From Bdellovibrionales bacterium (GTDB taxonomy: Bacteria > Bdellovibrionota > UBA1018 > CAIMNF01), in the NCBI GenBank assembly GCA_040380025.1, contig JBEIJY010000018.1, forward strand, positions 1-42,875: DNA of 42,875 nt, in the 5' to 3' direction. Every line of letters starts with the position of its first letter. The stretch's first letter is position 1. Under the pieces are notes generated by a model. That model was not told the DNA's origin. It worked only from the letters and a program-made list of their open reading frames with translations, and did no database searches. Positions 38,196-42,875 of this stretch are shown one piece after another. The translations under genes and the position numbers were made by a program.

Positions 38196-40584
38196 GATCG
38201 AGTCCGGATACAAGGCAGGGTTTTCTGATCCCGAGGCGGCACGCATTCACCGGAAGATCGCCGAGATCCATCCCAGTCTTGCGGAGCGGATCCGGTGGAT
38301 CCGGAAGCTTCGGATCGCGTGGATGGAGTTCGATGCTTCCCGCGACAAGGTGGTACAGGGCATCCAGGAGGTTTTCAAGAATCCGGTCACGGATTGGGTC
38401 TTCACGGGCGACCTGCTTCCTTCCGCCGCCGGGAGCAACGGCACGCTGTACGATCTGATGCAGGAATCTCCGTTCCGTCCGGGGGTTTTTCACGGCATCG
38501 AAAAACGAAAGCGCCTCATGGTTCATGACGAGGATTCGCTCGTGCTCCGGGACGCGATGCAGACCGTGCTCGGGCGGAAATCCCAGGGCGATCGCGTGGT
38601 GAGCGGGGAGTTGCTTTTGCTCGAGGGTGCGAAGCTCGTGCAGTCGGATCTCGAGTGGATCGCGCGGAACTGGTTCGCGCACGAGCAATTCGAGTCGTGG
38701 TCCCTGCTCTCCGAAGAGGAACTGAAACGGAATTCCCGCTTCCAGTCCGAACAGGTTGCAAAATACCTTGCTTTGCCCGGACAGTCGGTCCGTTCGGGAC
38801 TTCTCCAGTTCCGGGCCCCCGGCAGGGCGCGCGATCTTCCGATCCAATGGTCCAGGGTGTCCGAGCTTCTCCGTTCCAAAATCATCTCGCCCTCCATTCC
38901 AGCGCCCTTGAGCGTCGGTGATGACTGGGGCTTCCTCGCCGACATCCGTTTTTCGTCGAGCCGGCTGCAGATCGAATCCTTGAGTGAGACCGAGTTCCAG
39001 CTTTGTCGCCACCAGCTCGATCACTTCGCCCTGCAAGGAAACATGCGATTCCAATCGGTCCTCGGAGTCCTGCCCGAGAAGAACCGCCTCTGGAGGAGCG
39101 AGATCGAGGGTGAGTCCCCGCTCAAGGTCCGCGATGATTTCGAGAACTCCATCGAGCGGGTGGCCTCTTCCACCAACACTCCGATCGCGGTGATGAAAAT
39201 CCTCGAGGAGACGCACGAGGCCGTTCCCGCTTATTTTTTCACCGGGAATATCAGCATCCACGACAAGGATTTGAAGACCCTGAAGGCCCGCGACCGCGGT
39301 GCCCTCTCCGATCTCTTTTTTGTCGGATACGGCGATCAAGGTGTGATCCGGAACCTGAGTTTTCTGGGCACCTTGCAATCCACCTATCGCCACGGACTGA
39401 AGGGGGAGGCGATTGATTTCTCGATCCATGGTTCCGGCCGGAGCCTCCTTCAGTGTTTCAAGGGGGCGCATGAGGAGTTCCAGTACGGGTTCGACCTCGT
39501 GATCGACGGAATCGAGGATTGGTTCAAGAAGAACTTCGAATCCGCCATTTCACTCGGATTCATCTGGGGAGTGAATCCCGAAAAGCGCCAGTGGCTCTGC
39601 CGGGTTCTCGAGAGCCGGGGCATCCCTTACATCCATTTCGGAACGACCTCGCTCACCGGAGACGTGCGGATCCTCGAGGGCGGGGCGGTCCGGTCTTCTG
39701 TGACCATCCGCGAGTTTTTCCGGCCATCCGATGAATCCCCGGCGTCGAGGCTGTATGAAGAGCCGTTGTATCCGAAAGAAACGCGCAATCAGCCGGCGCA
39801 TTTTCGGAACCGGTTTTGCACCGAGGATCTGGCACTGAAGCCAGAGGACTTTCATACGAACGTCGCATCCCCCGTGGTGCTCCGGCCTTCGCTTGAGCAC
39901 TGGTCCGGGCTCATGGTGCTCGGCGATCTGATCGATCAGTCCTTCAACTCCCAGGTGCTGGATTATCTCATGCGCAGGTGCACGGCCATGGGTGGACAGA
40001 TCCACTGCGTGCAAGCGTCGTATCTGAACGGACTCAAATCCTGGTCCAATACGCTTCTCCAGCTCGAACGCGATTTCGGGATCGCAGTGACCGAAGTGGA
40101 ATTCATCCATCAGCCCGAGATCCGGGCGCATTGGCTTGCTCTCCAGATCATCGCACGCGTCGCGGATGTCCGGATGGTGCGCACCGAGGAGTTCAAGTTC
40201 GCGAACGACCGGATTTATTGGTTGCCCGGCGATTTCGCCCAGCCCGGCACTCGGTGGCTTGCCGGGTTCGAGGGGCGGTACCAGACCTCCCTGCACAGTG
40301 CGGTCGCGATCGAATCGGATGGCGAGGATCTGCAAAAGGTCACGGATGCTCTCTGTTTTGCTCTCAAAAAAAGGAAGCTCGGTGCCGAGGTCCGGATCCA
40401 GCATCGCTTCGGCGGCGGGTTTTTTGTCAGCGTCGGCGAGAACGAGCGTTTTGCCGTCGAAGAGGAGTGGCGGACACTCGGGGTCCGGCATGAGTTCGTG
40501 GGGCGGGTCACGGCTTCGCCCTATCTGGTCATCCGGAACGAGGCGGATCAGCTCGAAACCATCTCGATCGAGGACATCCTATGA
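38185..40584 (+). CDS. Degenerate FGAM synthase PurL-like protein with N-terminal PurS-like repeats
   Basis: RIESGYKAGFSDP...VFKNPV N-terminus; PurM-like remnants VLRP, RCTAMGG, DVRMVRTEEFK..NDRIY, FVSV...VGRVT; sits between purC- and purQ-like genes. Confidence 0.65.
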   Translation: MFCRIESGYKAGFSDPEAARIHRKIAEIHPSLAERIRWIRKLRIAWMEFDASRDKVVQGIQEVFKNPVTDWVFTGDLLPSAAGSNGTLYDLMQESPFRPGVFHGIEKRKRLMVHDEDSLVLRDAMQTVLGRKSQGDRVVSGELLLLEGAKLVQSDLEWIARNWFAHEQFESWSLLSEEELKRNSRFQSEQVAKYLALPGQSVRSGLLQFRAPGRARDLPIQWSRVSELLRSKIISPSIPAPLSVGDDWGFLADIRFSSSRLQIESLSETEFQLCRHQLDHFALQGNMRFQSVLGVLPEKNRLWRSEIEGESPLKVRDDFENSIERVASSTNTPIAVMKILEETHEAVPAYFFTGNISIHDKDLKTLKARDRGALSDLFFVGYGDQGVIRNLSFLGTLQSTYRHGLKGEAIDFSIHGSGRSLLQCFKGAHEEFQYGFDLVIDGIEDWFKKNFESAISLGFIWGVNPEKRQWLCRVLESRGIPYIHFGTTSLTGDVRILEGGAVRSSVTIREFFRPSDESPASRLYEEPLYPKETRNQPAHFRNRFCTEDLALKPEDFHTNVASPVVLRPSLEHWSGLMVLGDLIDQSFNSQVLDYLMRRCTAMGGQIHCVQASYLNGLKSWSNTLLQLERDFGIAVTEVEFIHQPEIRAHWLALQIIARVADVRMVRTEEFKFANDRIYWLPGDFAQPGTRWLAGFEGRYQTSLHSAVAIESDGEDLQKVTDALCFALKKRKLGAEVRIQHRFGGGFFVSVGENERFAVEEEWRTLGVRHEFVGRVTASPYLVIRNEADQLETISIEDIL

Positions 40585-41318
40585 GCAAATACCGCGCACT
40601 CATCCTCTCCGCCCCGGGAAATCGGGGAGAACGGCATTTCGAGCATGCGCTCCGGAGTGTCGGATTCGACGCCGAGATCCTCTCGGTGCCTGAGGTGGTC
40701 GATTACGGAATCGATCTCGATCAGCTTTGCCTGAAGTACAAACTGCTGATCATCCCCGGCGGGAATTCCTATTCTTCGGTCCTGGGCGGAGGAAAAGTCC
40801 TCGCACTCAAGATGCGGCACTTGTTTCGCTGGAATTTGCAACGATTCGCCGAGCGGGGCGGTCTCGTGCTCGGGGTCGGGACCGGATTCGAGGCGCTCCT
40901 GCACATGAACGTGTTCGGGGACGACTACACCCTCCGTTCGAACGGTTCCTTTGAGACCACGGTGAAATGGATCAAGGCGGTTCCGACCGGAAGTCGTTGC
41001 ATCTGGTTGAAGGGGCTCGGAACCATCGAACTCCCCATGAATCTTCTCGACACCGAATTCGTGATCGAGCCCGGGTCGGTGGTCGAGGCGACAGGAAGGC
41101 TCGAGCGGCTGGGCCTTGCGTGTCTTCGTTCGGCCGAGAACGACGGGATCCTCGGTCTTTGCGATCTGACCGGAAGAATCCTCGGGATGATGCCGAATCC
41201 CGAGTTCTTCTTGAGCTGGACGAATGCCGAGGACTGGTTCCTGAATCCGACCCGTGCGGCGGCGCCCGGGCAGGGCTACGCGATTTTCGAGAACGCCGCC
41301 CGTTATTGCGAGCAGTGA
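40581..41318 (+). CDS. PurQ-like class I glutamine amidotransferase homolog lacking catalytic Cys and His
   Basis: IPGGNSY, GKVLALK, VLGVGTGFEAL (canonical LGICNGFQ), GLCDLTGRILGMMPNPE (canonical MPHPE), IFENA. Confidence 0.88.
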   Translation: MSKYRALILSAPGNRGERHFEHALRSVGFDAEILSVPEVVDYGIDLDQLCLKYKLLIIPGGNSYSSVLGGGKVLALKMRHLFRWNLQRFAERGGLVLGVGTGFEALLHMNVFGDDYTLRSNGSFETTVKWIKAVPTGSRCIWLKGLGTIELPMNLLDTEFVIEPGSVVEATGRLERLGLACLRSAENDGILGLCDLTGRILGMMPNPEFFLSWTNAEDWFLNPTRAAAPGQGYAIFENAARYCEQ

Positions 41319-41325
41319 TTTTGTC

Positions 41326-42624
41326 TCACAAAGCCCAGTAGGCCTCGTCGAGGCTTTCTTCTTTTTCGGGGAGTCCGCGGAAGAGTCTCGGTGAGTTGCG
41401 GGAGAGGATCTCGAAACTCACTCGATTCGAGTATTTGCAGATCTGTGCGATCGAAGAATAGGTCAGATAGCGTGCATGATGTTTCGGCGAGTTCGGAATC
41501 TTGCTCCGGTGGTACCGGTTCGCCGCCATGTCATGCAGGAGCGCCGCAAGAGCGCCGTCTCCCGCGCCATTCGTGTTCTTGATCTCGACCGGTCCGCCCA
41601 TGAACGGGTTGATGTGCGAAAAAATCCGGATCGGGGTTTCGCAGTCCGACCGTCGCATCCCCCGGGAATACTCGAACTGGTTGTAGTTCACGATCGATTT
41701 CGTGTGGAGCTCGTGTTCCGTGTGCCGCGCGAACGCGCGATCCACATGGCCGCCCACATACAGTCCGTTCGAACCGACCGTGAGAAGCGCCAGATCCGTG
41801 ATCGAGAGCGCCTCGTTGATCGCAAGCAGCGGATCCTCGACTCCGGTCAGGGCCTTCGCCTCTTCCTGGTTCATCGCGAGGACGTTCACGTGACTCCCGA
41901 TGAAATCACGGAAGAACGGCACTTTCGAGGCGATGAGTGCGCTTGTCCCCAGGGTAAGAATGATGGGAACCCCGGATTTTTTTGCGATCTCGCAGGCGCG
42001 GACCGTGGATTCGAAAATCGGGGAGCGTTCGTCGCGGAGGGTGTAGGCCGAGACGAGAAGCGCGCAAGAACGCTCGATCAGGCGGGCGGGCAGGAATGCC
42101 GGTTGAAGGTCATCCATGCACCCTTTCGAGATCCCGAACGTGCGCTCGCCATCCGGGGTGATCAGGCAGATGGCGCGCCCCATGGGCCGTTCGCAGGGTT
42201 GCAGGTGATTCAAGTCGACCTTGGAAGAGGTGGAGGCGATGTACTTGAACGCATAATCGCCCACGGTGATCTGGCGCGAGATCGCGCCCAGAAGAACGGC
42301 GCGTTCTTCTGAGAGGACCGAGAAATTGTGAAGAGTGTTGCCCACCGATCCCCCGGCGTACTCGCCCGTGATCCGGCCCTCTTTTTTTGCGAGCGAGTAG
42401 ATGCGATCGCAGTGCTCGTGCTCGATGATCTGGGACTGGCCTTTCTTGAGTCCATGCGCTTCGAGGAACGAATCTTCGACATGGCACTCGATGTCGACCA
42501 AGAGTTGGTCGATTCCGACAATGTGGTAGCTCTCGTCGGTCGAGTAATTGTGATCCGCGCTCACGCGATCCTTCTCGGTCACGGGGAAGTAGTGCTTGGA
42601 TTTTCGGCGTCCCGGAAATTTCAT
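41326..42624 (-). CDS. gsk: Inosine/guanosine kinase
   Basis: MKFPGRRKSKHYFPV N-terminus, GIDQLLVDIE, NTNGAGDGALAALLHD, SPRLFRGLPEKEESL. Confidence 0.95.
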   Translation of the reverse strand: MKFPGRRKSKHYFPVTEKDRVSADHNYSTDESYHIVGIDQLLVDIECHVEDSFLEAHGLKKGQSQIIEHEHCDRIYSLAKKEGRITGEYAGGSVGNTLHNFSVLSEERAVLLGAISRQITVGDYAFKYIASTSSKVDLNHLQPCERPMGRAICLITPDGERTFGISKGCMDDLQPAFLPARLIERSCALLVSAYTLRDERSPIFESTVRACEIAKKSGVPIILTLGTSALIASKVPFFRDFIGSHVNVLAMNQEEAKALTGVEDPLLAINEALSITDLALLTVGSNGLYVGGHVDRAFARHTEHELHTKSIVNYNQFEYSRGMRRSDCETPIRIFSHINPFMGGPVEIKNTNGAGDGALAALLHDMAANRYHRSKIPNSPKHHARYLTYSSIAQICKYSNRVSFEILSRNSPRLFRGLPEKEESLDEAYWAL

Positions 42625-42727
42625 GCTTCGGCCTCGCTGGATTTGACACCCGTTATAGGTCAATCAGGGGTGGATTTCAACGAAAAACAGATCGAATCAA
42701 TCGGGATTAAGGCGACCCGAACATCCC

Positions 42728-42875
42728 CAAACTGCCCCCTTTGAGTGTGCTTTCGCAGGGAGCGAGATCGGCCGGGGGGGGTGGGATGTTTAGGTTTTTT
42801 AGGACGCGCGCGCGCCCGGGGCGCGCGGAAGCCAGGCGGCCCCCCCCCGCGCGGCGGGGGAAACCGCAAAAATAC
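42728..42875. repeat. Left arm of the palindromic repeat, degrading into low-complexity sequence at the window end
   Basis: caaactgccccctttgagtgtgctttcgcagggagcgagatcggcc...gggatgtttaggttttt aligns with 3789-3860. Confidence 0.85.

Noticed and set aside
37098..41318. Calling the pur-like genes ordinary functional purC/purL/purQ, or simple pseudogenes
   Set aside because: Catalytic motifs are absent, so canonical function is unlikely; the frames are intact and coupled, so pseudogene status is unsupported. Gene symbols were withheld

Overview
A gene-dense, GC-rich bacterial chromosomal segment, probably a whole contig because both ends break inside the same repeat. Gene content suggests Bdellovibrionota/Oligoflexia, but that is inference only. 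Most of it is housekeeping: nadE, pfkA, hisS, valS, serS, rpmG and type B L31, serB, dut, lipB, queC, hisC, cmk, LPS heptose genes, mlaE/mlaD, srkA and gsk. No rRNA, tRNA, CRISPR or transposase was seen. The standout is an intact three-gene cluster with overlapping start/stop junctions (37098-41318) encoding PurC-, PurL- and PurQ-like proteins whose catalytic motifs all appear replaced. In the PurQ-like protein the catalytic Cys is Gly and the His is Asn. The cluster converges on the purine-salvage kinase gsk and is a candidate repurposed pseudo-enzyme complex. Secondary signals are a dispersed palindromic repeat family (five copies or remnants), a queC-DUF366 pair, an EVE/ferritin-like pair, a short-type ValRS and an unusual MlaD. 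All family assignments come from motif recognition by eye, not database searches.
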